Notes: generated by a model from the sequence alone, not told the origin. Shown: positions 29,355-39,968, counted from the first letter of the stretch. The stretch is 64,000 bases of DNA from Ignavibacteriota bacterium (GCA_963801355.1 CAWDEM010000008.1:128001-192000); one strand, 5' to 3'. Program-made: numbers and translations.

Positions 29355-30653
29355 GAGGCATGCGCTTTTCGATCTGGCTGCTCTTCAGTGCTCTGGTCGC
29401 ATGCACGGGGCATGCTGCGGGCGGCCCGCTGGATTTCACCGCACGCCGGGCACAGGTGATGGTGCTGATGGATTCGGGATCTGCTATGGTCCTGCGCTCG
29501 CCCGATATGCGCATGCGGAATGCGGATGTGAACTACCCCTACCGTCAGGAAAGCAATCTGCTGTATCTCAGCGGCTTGAACCGGCCCCGGGTAACACTGA
29601 TGCTCGTTCCTCGGGGCGTGATGCTTGACGGGAAGAGAGTGACTATCCTGCTTTTCGCCCCGGAATCCACGGACGGCGGGGACACACTTTCTTCAATAAG
29701 TGACGGAGTGGTGCTCCCGCCGGAGCGCTTTCAGTCGATTCTCGACTCGATCCTGTCGGTCGTGAAGACTCTGTACACCAATTCTTCAGGCGTAGGATTT
29801 ATGCAGGACTGGTTGAACGGAAAGCCGCTGTTTCTGGAGCGTGAGAGCCGGAGGGAAGTAGAAGCGAAACATCCGCAGCTGAAGGTCAAGAATGCGGGTC
29901 CTCTTGTTTCCGTATTGCGGCAGGTGAAGAGTGCGGCCGAAGTGGATCTCATTCGCAGTGCGATTGAAGCGACGGACGCCGGGCTGCAGAGAGCAATGCA
30001 GCGATGCGCCCCGGGTATCCGGGAATATGAGCTGCAGGCGGAAGTTGAATATGCGATGGTCCGGGCCGGTGCGTGGGGAGTGGGTTTCCCTTCCATCATT
30101 GGCTCGGGAGCCAACTCGCTCATCCCGCATTACGATTTGAACCGGCGCGCTGCCAGGGCGGGCGAAGTTGTCGTGATGGATGTAGGTGCGGAGATGGAGG
30201 GGTACTCGGCGGACGTCACCCGGACGATACCCGTGTCGGGGAAATTTTCGCAGGGGCAGCGCAAGGTGTACGAGACGGTCCTGCGTATGCAGCGCGCAGT
30301 GATTGCCGCCATCCGGCCCGGGGTTCCCTGGAAGCGACTTGATGAGGTGGCTCGCGCGATTGTCAAGGAATCGGGTTTTGCGCGCTTCACCGAGCACTCC
30401 GTTTCGCATCACCTGGGCCTTGACGTTCACGACGCCGGTGTGATGGATACGTTGCGTGCCGGCATGGTGATTACGGTTGAGCCCGGTCTCTATATCCCCG
30501 TTGCTGACACGACGAGTCGGGCCTGAATACCGCGGCATCGGCGTGCGGATTGAAGATGATGTCCTGGTTACGGGCGAGGGGTCGGAGGTTTTGAGCTCGC
30601 GAGTGCCGAAAGAAATAGCAGACATAGAAAGGATCATGAAGCATCCACGTTAG
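29351..30653 (+). pseudogene. Xaa-Pro aminopeptidase (M24B), frameshifted near the 3' end
   Basis: YPYRQESN..YLSG, MDVGAE..YSADVTRT, HHLGLDVHD, TVEPGLY; stop at 30526, but the +1 frame continues [18 protein letters not shown]...HPR* to 30653. Confidence 0.8.
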
Positions 30654-30675
30654 CGATGAAGTGTTCGGGTAAGAG

Positions 30676-30710
30676 AAACGCCAAATTCTTCCTGGATTTG
30701 GCGTTTTTAT
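30676..30710 (+). terminator. Intrinsic terminator
   Basis: AAACGCCAAAT...ATTTGGCGTTT stem followed by TTAT. Confidence 0.7.
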
Positions 30711-30738
30711 CTGGGGGGGGCCGGCGATGATTTTCCAC

Positions 30739-30777
30739 TTGACATTATGATATAATTATGATATCATAATGACATCA
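30739..30777 (+). promoter_or_regulatory. Promoter with overlapping operator boxes upstream of the SPFH-RHH operon
   Basis: TTGACA-N17-TATCAT; perfect palindrome ATTATGATATCATAAT (30755-30770); TGAYATMA boxes at 30748, 30759, 30770. Confidence 0.7.
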
Positions 30778-30792
30778 CAGAGCGGAGGTCTC

Positions 30793-31668
30793 ATGGATGC
30801 AATTCAGGAAAAGGCCGCATGGAAGATGAACGGCTTTGTCTGGCTCTTTTTTGAGCTGCTGCTACTGGCTTTGAGCGTCTGGCTTATCGTCCGGCTCTCG
30901 ATGACCGGGGACGTGGCCCTGCTATGGGTCTTCATACCTGTTGTCATCATCTGGTCGCTGCTGATCGGCGGCTTCTTTGTTGTTCAACCCAACTCGGCGC
31001 GGGTTCTCGTGTTTTTTGGGAGTTACGTCGGTGTCGTGCGTGATTCGGGATTCTGGTTCACGAATCCATTCACCGTCAAGCGGCACGTCTCACTGCGGAT
31101 CCGCAACTTCAACAGTGAGCGGCTGAAGGTAAACGACTTGCAGGGAAATCCCATCGAGATTGCGGCGGTGATCGTCTGGCGGGTTGTGGATTCCGCGAAG
31201 GCGCTGTTTGACGTGGACAACTACGAAGGATTTGTCGCGATACAGAGCGAGACAGCGATCCGGACCCTGGCGTCGCACTACCCCTATGATGCTCATGTAG
31301 AGGGCCGGGCTTCGTTGCGCGGGAGCCCGGGGGAAGTCTCAGACAGTTTGCGCCAGCAGGTGCAGGCCAGGCTTGAGGTCGCGGGTGTGGAAATCTCCGA
31401 AGCGCGCATCAGTCATCTTGCGTATGCACCCGAGATTGCGCAGGCGATGCTTCGCCGGCAGCAGGCGGAAGCTGTTGTGGCGGCGCGGCAAAAGATCGTC
31501 GAGGGGGCGGTGGGAATGGTCCAGATGGCTTTGAAGATGTTGCAGGAAGAGAAGGTCCTCGCACTTGACGAAGAGCGGAAGGCCGCGATGATCAACAATC
31601 TTCTTGTCGCTCTCGTCTCTGAGCACGATGTGCAACCGGTCATCAACACCGGGACGCTGTACACATGA
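30793..31668 (+). CDS. SPFH/band-7 domain membrane protein
   Basis: Two TM helices, LKVNDLQGNPIEIAA, HLAYAPEIAQAMLRRQQA; GGAGG upstream. Confidence 0.9.
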   Translation: MDAIQEKAAWKMNGFVWLFFELLLLALSVWLIVRLSMTGDVALLWVFIPVVIIWSLLIGGFFVVQPNSARVLVFFGSYVGVVRDSGFWFTNPFTVKRHVSLRIRNFNSERLKVNDLQGNPIEIAAVIVWRVVDSAKALFDVDNYEGFVAIQSETAIRTLASHYPYDAHVEGRASLRGSPGEVSDSLRQQVQARLEVAGVEISEARISHLAYAPEIAQAMLRRQQAEAVVAARQKIVEGAVGMVQMALKMLQEEKVLALDEERKAAMINNLLVALVSEHDVQPVINTGTLYT

Positions 31669-31877
31669 GTGCGAAGAAACGCTTCCTGCTGCGGCTTGAC
31701 GACGGGCTGTACAGGGTCATGGAGAAGTGGGCCGCGGATGAGTTGCGAAGCGTCAACGCGCAGATTGAATACCTGCTCCACGATGCGGCGCGGAGAGCCC
31801 GCAGGCTCCCTGCGCTGCAGGTGGGGGAGGTTGGCAGCGCGCCGGAACAGACCGCGGAGCGTACGGCCGGCCTATGA
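31665..31877 (+). CDS. Arc-like ribbon-helix-helix DNA-binding protein
   Basis: KKRFLLRLD..WAADELRSVNAQIEYLL; ATGA-coupled to the SPFH gene. Confidence 0.8.
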   Translation: MSAKKRFLLRLDDGLYRVMEKWAADELRSVNAQIEYLLHDAARRARRLPALQVGEVGSAPEQTAERTAGL

Positions 31878-32924
31878 CTCCTGCCGCACAATGAGTGTGC
31901 GCGTAGGATATGCGAATACTATTCCTTCCTCCCGGAACCGCCGCAACAGAGCAAGATTGATCGCCTGCTGGATATCCATGAATGCGGTGTAATCCGCAGT
32001 TGTCACGTAATACACCGATTCGAACGTCAGGGCAAATTCGCTGATCGTCTGGAAATGGGTCCGGTCGAACCGTGCTGTCCGTTGCGCGCCGACAACCTCG
32101 CGCACGATGCCGGGGATGGCGGTGAGTTGTGCCTCGGTGGTCTGGTACGTGACCCCGAAGGTAAACGCCACGCGCCGCTCCTGCATCCTCTTGAAGTTGC
32201 GCACCCGGCTCTTGAGCAGGTCGGCATTGGAAAAGATAATTTGTTCCCCCGAAAGACTGCGCACCCGCGTCGTCTTGAGCCCGATGTGTTCGACCGTGCC
32301 CTGCAGGGTATCGACGACGATGTAGTCGCCGATGAGGAACGGCTTATCCAGCACGATAGAAAGGGATGCAAAGAGATCGCCCAGGACGTTCTGCAGTGCA
32401 AGCGCAACGGCAATGCCACCTACGCCGAGTCCGGCGACCAGCGCGGTGACGTCGAAACCCAGATTCTCGAGGGCCAGGAGGAAAACGATGGACCAAAGGA
32501 CGATCTTGCTGATGAAGCTGAGAGCCGCGACAGTTGTCGCACCGGCACCATCCCCGCCCATCCTGTTCCGTGCCATCCTCCCGAGCAGATAGGCGATCAG
32601 ACCGTTTCCCCACACGGCGCTTTGGAAAAGGAGCAGGAGCAGGAAAACCATCCACCTGACGTCCACAACGTTCTGATTGACCACGAGGGCGTACGACCCC
32701 ACTTCAAGTCCGATTGCAAGCAGGAAGTAGAACCGTGTGCGCCGGAGAAGATCGACGAACAGGTCGTCGATGTCGTTTGTGGTCGTCTGCGCAAATGCGC
32801 CCAGCCGGCGGACCAGGATGCTTTTCACGGCGGCGAGAACGATCGTGACGCCGATGGCGACGCTGAGGGCGATCACCCACGATTGCACGGTATTTCCGAG
32901 AAACGTCTGATCGAAGAAACTCAT
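31872..32924 (-). CDS. Small-conductance mechanosensitive channel (MscS family)
   Basis: GLGVGGIAVALALQNVLGD, DKPFLIGD, GTVEHIGLKTTR, FAYPT. Confidence 0.92.
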   Translation of the reverse strand: MSFFDQTFLGNTVQSWVIALSVAIGVTIVLAAVKSILVRRLGAFAQTTTNDIDDLFVDLLRRTRFYFLLAIGLEVGSYALVVNQNVVDVRWMVFLLLLLFQSAVWGNGLIAYLLGRMARNRMGGDGAGATTVAALSFISKIVLWSIVFLLALENLGFDVTALVAGLGVGGIAVALALQNVLGDLFASLSIVLDKPFLIGDYIVVDTLQGTVEHIGLKTTRVRSLSGEQIIFSNADLLKSRVRNFKRMQERRVAFTFGVTYQTTEAQLTAIPGIVREVVGAQRTARFDRTHFQTISEFALTFESVYYVTTADYTAFMDIQQAINLALLRRFREEGIVFAYPTRTLIVRQES

Positions 32925-32961
32925 CTCTGCGCGGTCTCCAGGAATGGGAGGGAGTTGGCGT

Positions 32962-33696
32962 TTACCGGAACACCACGGGGATGCCCGGTTTCAATATCTT
33001 CACGCGGTTCCGCAGCGCGGACGGAAGATGCCTGCGGAGCTCCTCGGGTGTGCCGCTCAGGACCGGGAATGTGCCGTAGTGCATCCCGACGATATGCCGC
33101 GGGCGGATGAGGGTGCATGCGAGTGCCGCCTCCACGGGTCCCATGGTGAAGTAGCCTCCGATCGGCAGCATTGCCAGATCGGGTTTGTAGAGTTTTCCGA
33201 TAATCTGCATATCGCCGAAGACTCCGGTATCTCCGGCGTGGTACACGCGGAAATCGTTCTCAAAACGGATCACGAAGCCGGCAGGATCTCCGCCGATCCG
33301 GAGTTCACCTCCCGGTTCCATGCCGCTGCTGTGTTCGGCGTGAGTCATGGTAATGGTGATCCCGTCCAGGAGCACGCTTCCCGATTTGTTGATGCCTTCG
33401 ACGCGCGACAGCCCCTGGCTTTGCAGGTACAATCCGATCTCGTGGATGGCAACCACGCGGGCGTTCGTGCGGCGCGCAATCTCGACGGTGTTCCCGAGGT
33501 GGTCGCCGTGGCCATGTGTGAGGAGGATGATATCGACGGGGCTGACATCCCTGGCTCCCTGCGGAGCCCTGGGATTTTCAAGCCAGGGATCGATGAGCAA
33601 TGTTTTCCCCCCGGGTGAAAGGAGGGAGAATGCCGAATGACCGAACCACGTGACGGTGACCCCCGCCTTAAGAGGCGTACTGCTCTTCCGTGCCAT
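32962..33696 (-). CDS. Metallo-beta-lactamase-fold hydrolase (UPF0173-like)
   Basis: WFGHS, IDPW, LTHGHGDH, HAGDT, LPIGG.FTMGP, MHYGTF. Confidence 0.88.
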   Translation of the reverse strand: MARKSSTPLKAGVTVTWFGHSAFSLLSPGGKTLLIDPWLENPRAPQGARDVSPVDIILLTHGHGDHLGNTVEIARRTNARVVAIHEIGLYLQSQGLSRVEGINKSGSVLLDGITITMTHAEHSSGMEPGGELRIGGDPAGFVIRFENDFRVYHAGDTGVFGDMQIIGKLYKPDLAMLPIGGYFTMGPVEAALACTLIRPRHIVGMHYGTFPVLSGTPEELRRHLPSALRNRVKILKPGIPVVFR

Positions 33697-33916
33697 TGGG
33701 TGATTCCTCCTGATCGAAGGGAACTTCTCCCCGCGACTATTCCGGCCGCGGGCGTGGAAGCTGATACCAAAGGTAAAGAAGAGGCGTCTTCAATGCAAGG
33801 AACCGATTTGGAGTAGAAACTTACGTGAGGCAACCAGGGAACTGTGGGATGTAAGGGTGATTCTTGGTATATTCAGGCTACCTTCATTTCTGATGCGCAC
33901 ATATCACAGGATCCGC

Positions 33917-35446
33917 ATGTACAGAACAACCGTGTTCCGCCCGGTCGCAATGACTCTGATTGTTGCCGTGCTCTTGTGCATGGCAAGCGCATGCAGCGTT
34001 GCTCCGCTCACCTCACAATCGCGTACGCTGACGATTCTGCACACGAACGACATGCACGCTACCTTTGTCCCCCGCGAAGCCGTCTGGGTAAAAGCACAAC
34101 CCCGGCCGATGGTAGGAGGGTTCACGGAGCTGGCGTTTACGATCGACAGCATCCGCCAGAAGCGGCCGGATGTTTTGCTCGTGGACGGCGGAGACGTCAT
34201 GACAGGCAATCCCATCACCGAGCTGAAGTACGATGGAGCATCCGGCGGGGCGCTCTTTGCCATGATGAATCTGATGGGGTACGATGTCTGGTGTCCCGGC
34301 AACCACGACCTTGACATTTCGCAGGAAAACTTGATCGCCCTTGCCTCGATAGCAAAGTTCCCCACTGTGTGCGCCAATCTTGTAGATGACCAGGGCCGGC
34401 TCCCCGTGCACAACATTCCTTACACGATTCTTGAACGCAATGGCCTCCGTATCGGGATCATCGGGATCATTTCGCAGGAACTCTACTCCCTCGTTCTGCA
34501 GTCAAACCTCACCGGTCTGCGCGTACTCTCTCCTGAAGAAACCACACAGAAGTATGTGGATGAGCTCCGCCCGAAGACCGACCTGCTCCTGGCGCTGACG
34601 CACCAGGGCGTGGATGAGGATTCGATGCTGGCGGCATCGGTCCACGGACTGGACCTGATCATCGGAGGGCACTCTCATACGCGGCTGAAGTCCCCGCTCC
34701 TCGTGAACGGGACCTACATTGTGCAGGCCGGTTCCAATACCGAGAATCTCGGCGTTGTGACGCTGACGGTCGACAGGCATCACCTCACGCATGTACAGGG
34801 GCAGTTGCTTCAGCTCTGGGCGGCTGCAAAGCGTCCGCCGAGTGCAGTTTCGATGCTGGTCGATTCCATGCAGTCGGAAATCGAGAGGGAATACAGCCAG
34901 GTGATCGGTGTGCTGCACGGCGACTGGATCAGGGGAGGAAGTGAGACCGCGATCGGGCATTACATCACGGAGGCGCAGCGGGAGGCTGTCCGGGCGGATG
35001 TCGGCTTCATGAACATCCATGGCATCCGGAAGGACCTGCCTGCCGGGCCGATCCGCAAGAAAGATCTGTTTGAGGTGCTTCCATTCCGGAATGTCCTGGC
35101 GACATTCCAGCTGACGGGCAGCCAGCTCCTCAGCATGCTGGAGTACGCCGTGCGGACAAGGTCGCAGATTCATCTGGCCGGCATCAACGCGACGTGGGCA
35201 TCCGGACCTGATTCCACGATTGTGCTTCGTGACGTGCGTATCAACGGAAACCCGGTCGACACGAGTCGCGCGTACAGTTGCGTTGCCAGCGATTATTTCA
35301 TTGGAGAGGCGGAAAGGTACATTGGCATCGTTCCCCGGGATGTGATTTTCCTCAAACGGACGTTGTTCGAGGTCGTTGAGCAGCGCATACGGGACGATCA
35401 CGACATCACGCCGGAGGTGCGCCCGGCATTGCGTCGCGCACGGTAG
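33917..35446 (+). CDS. 5'-nucleotidase / bifunctional metallophosphoesterase (probable lipoprotein)
   Basis: ILHTNDMH, VDGGD, GNHD, LTHQG, GGHSH, C-terminal 5'-NT domain; start uncertain. Confidence 0.88.
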   Translation: MYRTTVFRPVAMTLIVAVLLCMASACSVAPLTSQSRTLTILHTNDMHATFVPREAVWVKAQPRPMVGGFTELAFTIDSIRQKRPDVLLVDGGDVMTGNPITELKYDGASGGALFAMMNLMGYDVWCPGNHDLDISQENLIALASIAKFPTVCANLVDDQGRLPVHNIPYTILERNGLRIGIIGIISQELYSLVLQSNLTGLRVLSPEETTQKYVDELRPKTDLLLALTHQGVDEDSMLAASVHGLDLIIGGHSHTRLKSPLLVNGTYIVQAGSNTENLGVVTLTVDRHHLTHVQGQLLQLWAAAKRPPSAVSMLVDSMQSEIEREYSQVIGVLHGDWIRGGSETAIGHYITEAQREAVRADVGFMNIHGIRKDLPAGPIRKKDLFEVLPFRNVLATFQLTGSQLLSMLEYAVRTRSQIHLAGINATWASGPDSTIVLRDVRINGNPVDTSRAYSCVASDYFIGEAERYIGIVPRDVIFLKRTLFEVVEQRIRDDHDITPEVRPALRRAR

Positions 35447-35468
35447 CAATTCTTACAGGAGATCGCAC

Positions 35469-36188
35469 ATGACAGCCGTACCCCATTTTCCGGTACTGAT
35501 CATCACCGGCCGGCCGGCGGCGGGGAAGTCGGAGGTGATAGACTTTCTCAAGAAGGCCGATCCTGCCGACCGCCTCAGACGGTTCCACATTGCCGACTTT
35601 GAAGAGCTGGATGATTTCGTGTACGTATGGGAGACTTTTGAAACAGACGATATTCTCACCCGTCATGGAAAACAGCGGGTCTGGACGGATCCCAGGTACT
35701 ACTTCACCGACGACTTCATCTGGAATCTGTACATCGAGCGCATCAGCCTCGAATACAGGAAGAAGCTCGCTCGCGATCCGCATTATCACGAGTCGAAGAC
35801 AACGCTCATTGAATTCGCACGCGGCGGGGAAAACGGGATTGCAGAAGCAATGAGTTACCTGCACGAGGATGTGCTGAAACGTGCCTGCTTAATCTACATC
35901 CGTGTGTCCTATGAGGAGTCCCTCCGGAAAAACCGCCGGCGCGCACGGAAAGGGCAGGAAGATTCGATCCTCTACCACTCGTTGCCGGACGAGAAGATGG
36001 ATTTCTATTACAGGACGAACGACTGGGAAAAGCTTGAGGCAAAAGACCCGCAATTCCTTCAGGTCAAGGGGCACAAGATCCCTTATGCGGTCTTCGAAAA
36101 CGAGCCGGAGAAGACCCACAAGCCGGAGTTGATTGCCGCGGAGCTGGAGAGGGTGACGGGAAGGTTGTGGGAGAGTATTGATGCCTAA
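35469..36188 (+). CDS. Uncharacterised P-loop protein (NMP-kinase-like fold)
   Basis: N-terminal IITGRPAAGKSE Walker A, LIEFARG; AGGAG upstream. Confidence 0.65.
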   Translation: MTAVPHFPVLIITGRPAAGKSEVIDFLKKADPADRLRRFHIADFEELDDFVYVWETFETDDILTRHGKQRVWTDPRYYFTDDFIWNLYIERISLEYRKKLARDPHYHESKTTLIEFARGGENGIAEAMSYLHEDVLKRACLIYIRVSYEESLRKNRRRARKGQEDSILYHSLPDEKMDFYYRTNDWEKLEAKDPQFLQVKGHKIPYAVFENEPEKTHKPELIAAELERVTGRLWESIDA

Positions 36189-37540
36189 TGCCCCGCGGCC
36201 TTTCCTTGGGGGATCGCATTCCAGATCCGTCTCGTCAGAGCAAAGCCGGCAACGGCGAAGGGAACAAGAAAGACCGGCCAGTACTGCCAGTTCCATGTGG
36301 TGATGAAGCCGAGCGACAATGACTGTACGCCCGTGCCGAGGTACACCAACCCGTCGATCAGGCCCACCGCGGTTGCCGCAGCCTTTTTCCCCCCGAAGTC
36401 CATAGTTGCGGTACCGCTGAGCATGCCGTGTGTGCCGATCACAGCCACCGAGACGAGGCACACGACGATGCCCAGCACGGTCGGGTTTCCGTACAGGGTG
36501 AAGATCATTGTGATTGTCGCTGCGAGCAGGACCGCATAAAAGATCCCTGCTACGGGTGCCCGGCGCGATCCGAACAGGTGGTCGGACATCCATCCGGCCA
36601 GCATCCCGCCGCCCGCGCCCGCGAGCATCAGCATCAGACCCCAGTGGTTCAACCAGAACTGCCAGGAGCCGGCCACTCCGGGCCCGGCGGCGATCTGCTC
36701 CTTGGCGAAGATGGGGAACCAGTGCATCACCCCGTTCCGCAGGACGCCCGTGCAGAACTCAATCATCCCGACGACAATGAGCACTTTGTTGGTGAAGATC
36801 CGCCGGAAGATATCTTTCAGATTGAACGGGGCATCAGCCTCGCCCGACGACGCATCTCCCGTGTTGAAGTCTTCGAATCCCGCCTCGCCCGGCGTATCGC
36901 GGAGCACAAGAAGATCAAGGAGCACCCAGAGGAAGAGGATTACGGCGGGGATGAAAAACACAAGCCAGTACTGGGGATTGGCCGGGCTCATCTGCTCGGT
37001 GAAGTTCACGATGGCCTGACTCCAGTCGAAGGCAAAGTAGAGCCCGAGTGAGATGAGGATGCCGAAGATGCCGCCGAAGATTCCCCGTTCGCGCACGTGG
37101 AACCACGCCGCATTGACCTTCACAATTGCCACCGCGCCGTAACTCTGGAAGTACATGTTGAGGGCATAGACCACGGAGAATGCGACCGTCAAATTGAGCG
37201 TCCAGTTCAGCGAGAGGATCCCGTAGACGATGATGCCGAGGATGATATTCATCAGGGCGGATCCCGCCGCCCCGATCAGCATGGCGCGTTTGCCCCCTAT
37301 CCGGTCGGTCAAGGGCCCGTTGATCAGGAACGAGAAAGCGTAGGTGATTGTACCCGCGGCGAAGATGATCCCGAAGGCCTCTTTGGGCATCAGGTCGCCC
37401 AGGGCATTCTTGGACACCGTGAGGTTATATCGCGCCATGTAGAGGAAGGCATACGTCAGGCCGAGAGGGAGCCAGTTGAACGCACGCCGGCGTCGATACG
37501 CGGCGGAATGGACCGGGCGACTGAGAGAAGTATCGGGCAT
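36185..37540 (-). CDS. MFS transporter, organophosphate:Pi antiporter (GlpT/OPA)-like
   Basis: YMARYNL, GPLTDRIGG, WFHVRERG, SDHLFGSRR, AATAVGLIDG; about 12 TM segments. Confidence 0.8.
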   Translation of the reverse strand: MPDTSLSRPVHSAAYRRRRAFNWLPLGLTYAFLYMARYNLTVSKNALGDLMPKEAFGIIFAAGTITYAFSFLINGPLTDRIGGKRAMLIGAAGSALMNIILGIIVYGILSLNWTLNLTVAFSVVYALNMYFQSYGAVAIVKVNAAWFHVRERGIFGGIFGILISLGLYFAFDWSQAIVNFTEQMSPANPQYWLVFFIPAVILFLWVLLDLLVLRDTPGEAGFEDFNTGDASSGEADAPFNLKDIFRRIFTNKVLIVVGMIEFCTGVLRNGVMHWFPIFAKEQIAAGPGVAGSWQFWLNHWGLMLMLAGAGGGMLAGWMSDHLFGSRRAPVAGIFYAVLLAATITMIFTLYGNPTVLGIVVCLVSVAVIGTHGMLSGTATMDFGGKKAAATAVGLIDGLVYLGTGVQSLSLGFITTWNWQYWPVFLVPFAVAGFALTRRIWNAIPQGKAAGH

Positions 37541-37688
37541 AGGGACAGTGGTGCGGTGTGAATGACGGGATAACCTGATCATTCCAATATACGCAAGCAC
37601 AACCGCTTGAACAAGTCAGATTTTCTGAGTACACTGATTTGTTCTGCCGTGATGGACCAGCCATAACGCCATTCAGGAAGCACACCGC

Positions 37689-38915
37689 ATGGACAAAGTC
37701 CTCGAACACACAGAATTGTACCGGCTTCCATGGACACTTCCCGATAATGCCATCAGCTGGCTTGAGCCGACGAGCTCGTGCAACCTGTACTGCGATGGAT
37801 GCTACAGGAAGAACGACCCCAAGGGTCACAAACCCGTGGAAGAGATCCGGAAGGAACTCGAAGTCTTCAAGAGCCTCCGCAAAACCGATGGAGTCTCGAT
37901 TGCAGGCGGGGATCCGTTGACCCACCCGGAGATCGAACAGATCGTTGCTCTGGTGGCGGAGATGGGGCATAAGCCCATCATCAACACGAACGGGCTTGCG
38001 CTCACGATGGAGAAACTCCGGGCGCTGAAGAAAGCCGGTGTCGCAGGGTTCACATTTCATATTGACAGCGGCCAGAATCGTCCGCACATGAAGGGCAAGA
38101 CAGAAGCCGAGTTGAACGAGTTGCGGCTCACGTATGCCCGGATGCTGGCGGAGGTGGGCGACATTTCCTGTGCGTTCAATGCCACCGTGTACGAGCACAC
38201 GTTGAAGGACGTGCCGGAGATCGTCTCATGGGGTCAGGAGCACATCGACATTGTGCATATCCTGGTATTCATCGCATATCGGGCAGCGCCTGTCTACAAG
38301 GGGTACGACTACTTCGTGGGCGGGAAGAAGATCGACATGACGCCGATCGCCTATGCGATCCAGGAGGATCGCATGACCAGCATCATGTCAACAGATATCG
38401 TGACGGAGATCCGGAAGCGGTATCCGGACTTCATGCCGTCGGCCTACCTGAACGGCACCGAGCGTCCCGATCACTTCAAGTGGCTGCTGACCATGCGCGT
38501 CGGCACCAAGAACAAGATCTACGGCTACACGGGGCCGAAATTCATGGAAATGGGGCAGACGCTTCACCATCTTCTGCGTGGGACGTATCTTGCGTACACC
38601 GCCACGAAGACACTCCGCCGGGGGAAATCGATGCTCCTGCTTTCACCCCTGGACCACGGTCTCGCGAAAACCGCCAGCGCATATTTGCACGGGGTCATGC
38701 GGTCGCCCGGCGAGATGTTCCGGCGCCTGCACATGCAGTCGGTCATGATCATCCAGCCGGCGGATTTCATGGAAAACGGAGCCATCAGTATGTGTGACGG
38801 CTGCCCGGACATCACCGTGTATGACAACAAACTCGTCTGGTCCTGCCGGATGGAGGAACTGATCAACTTCGGTGACTGGATCCGCCCGGTCATCGCTCAA
38901 CCGGATCGGCAATAA
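37689..38915 (+). CDS. Radical SAM protein of unknown function
   Basis: CNLYCDGC, IAGGDPLTHP, INTNG; C-terminal MCDGCPD...SCR. Confidence 0.85.
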   Translation: MDKVLEHTELYRLPWTLPDNAISWLEPTSSCNLYCDGCYRKNDPKGHKPVEEIRKELEVFKSLRKTDGVSIAGGDPLTHPEIEQIVALVAEMGHKPIINTNGLALTMEKLRALKKAGVAGFTFHIDSGQNRPHMKGKTEAELNELRLTYARMLAEVGDISCAFNATVYEHTLKDVPEIVSWGQEHIDIVHILVFIAYRAAPVYKGYDYFVGGKKIDMTPIAYAIQEDRMTSIMSTDIVTEIRKRYPDFMPSAYLNGTERPDHFKWLLTMRVGTKNKIYGYTGPKFMEMGQTLHHLLRGTYLAYTATKTLRRGKSMLLLSPLDHGLAKTASAYLHGVMRSPGEMFRRLHMQSVMIIQPADFMENGAISMCDGCPDITVYDNKLVWSCRMEELINFGDWIRPVIAQPDRQ

Positions 38916-38921
38916 TACATC

Positions 38922-39923
38922 ATGATCACCATCTATCAATTTCTCAACGGCGCCATCCGTACCATTGATCTGAAGGAATTGCACCGGTCGCTGCATGGGG
39001 AGGCGGGTGTCATCTGGGTGGACATGGAGAATCCGAAGGAGGCGGAGGAAGAGACGCTGCTCGTGTCGATCTTCGGTTTCCATTCACTTACCATTGAGGA
39101 CTCCCAAAAGGGGAACGATCCGGAAGGACATCTCCCGAAAGTAGAGGATTTTGGCGACTATCTGTTCATCATCTTCAATCCCGTTGAAGGGGTCATGGAG
39201 ACCGAAGATGAGGATGCCATGTTCCGGATGGAAATCCGCACATCCCAGCTGAGTGCATATTTGACTTCCCGGGTGCTGGTAACCCACCACTATACGCCGC
39301 TCCGGTCAATCACCAACGCGATGCAGCTCCTGACAAAAAACCCGCTGACGCTCGGGAAGGGGCCGGATTTTCTTTTCCATTTCATTATTGACGACATCGT
39401 CGACAACTACACGCCGATTCTCGACAAGCTGGATGATGCCATTGATGCAATGGAAGACGAGGTCTTCCAGAAGCCGTCGACGAAATCGATGGTGCGCATT
39501 CTGCACCTCAAAAGGAACATCATGACCATACGGCGGGTTGCCGTGTACCAGCGCGAGATGCTCAGCCGGTTGTCGCGGGGCGAATTTGATCTGATCAACC
39601 GCGACGAGATGATCTTCTATCGGAACGTGTATGATCATCTCGTGCGTATGACGGACATGGCGGACTCCTACCGCGATATTGTTACATCCCTGCTGGATGC
39701 CTATCTCTCGGTGACGTCGAACCAGTTGAACCAGGTGATGAAGGTCCTGACGATCATTTCGACAATATTCCTGCCCCTGAGCGTTATCACGGGTTTTTTC
39801 GGCATGAACTTCGTTCACCTGCCGCTCGCCAGCTGGGAGTACGGTGTCTCGATCACTGCGGTATTCATGCTTGTCGTGGCGTGGGGGATGCTGTGGATGT
39901 TCAAACGGAACAAGTGGATGTAG
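38922..39923 (+). CDS. corA: Mg2+/Co2+ transporter CorA
   Basis: FHSLTIED, LNQVMKVLT, GFFGMNF signature, two C-terminal TM helices. Confidence 0.93.
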   Translation: MITIYQFLNGAIRTIDLKELHRSLHGEAGVIWVDMENPKEAEEETLLVSIFGFHSLTIEDSQKGNDPEGHLPKVEDFGDYLFIIFNPVEGVMETEDEDAMFRMEIRTSQLSAYLTSRVLVTHHYTPLRSITNAMQLLTKNPLTLGKGPDFLFHFIIDDIVDNYTPILDKLDDAIDAMEDEVFQKPSTKSMVRILHLKRNIMTIRRVAVYQREMLSRLSRGEFDLINRDEMIFYRNVYDHLVRMTDMADSYRDIVTSLLDAYLSVTSNQLNQVMKVLTIISTIFLPLSVITGFFGMNFVHLPLASWEYGVSITAVFMLVVAWGMLWMFKRNKWM

Positions 39924-39968
39924 TGTCCGAAATACTCTATGCAATGAATCCCGGGCGATTGATGCCAA

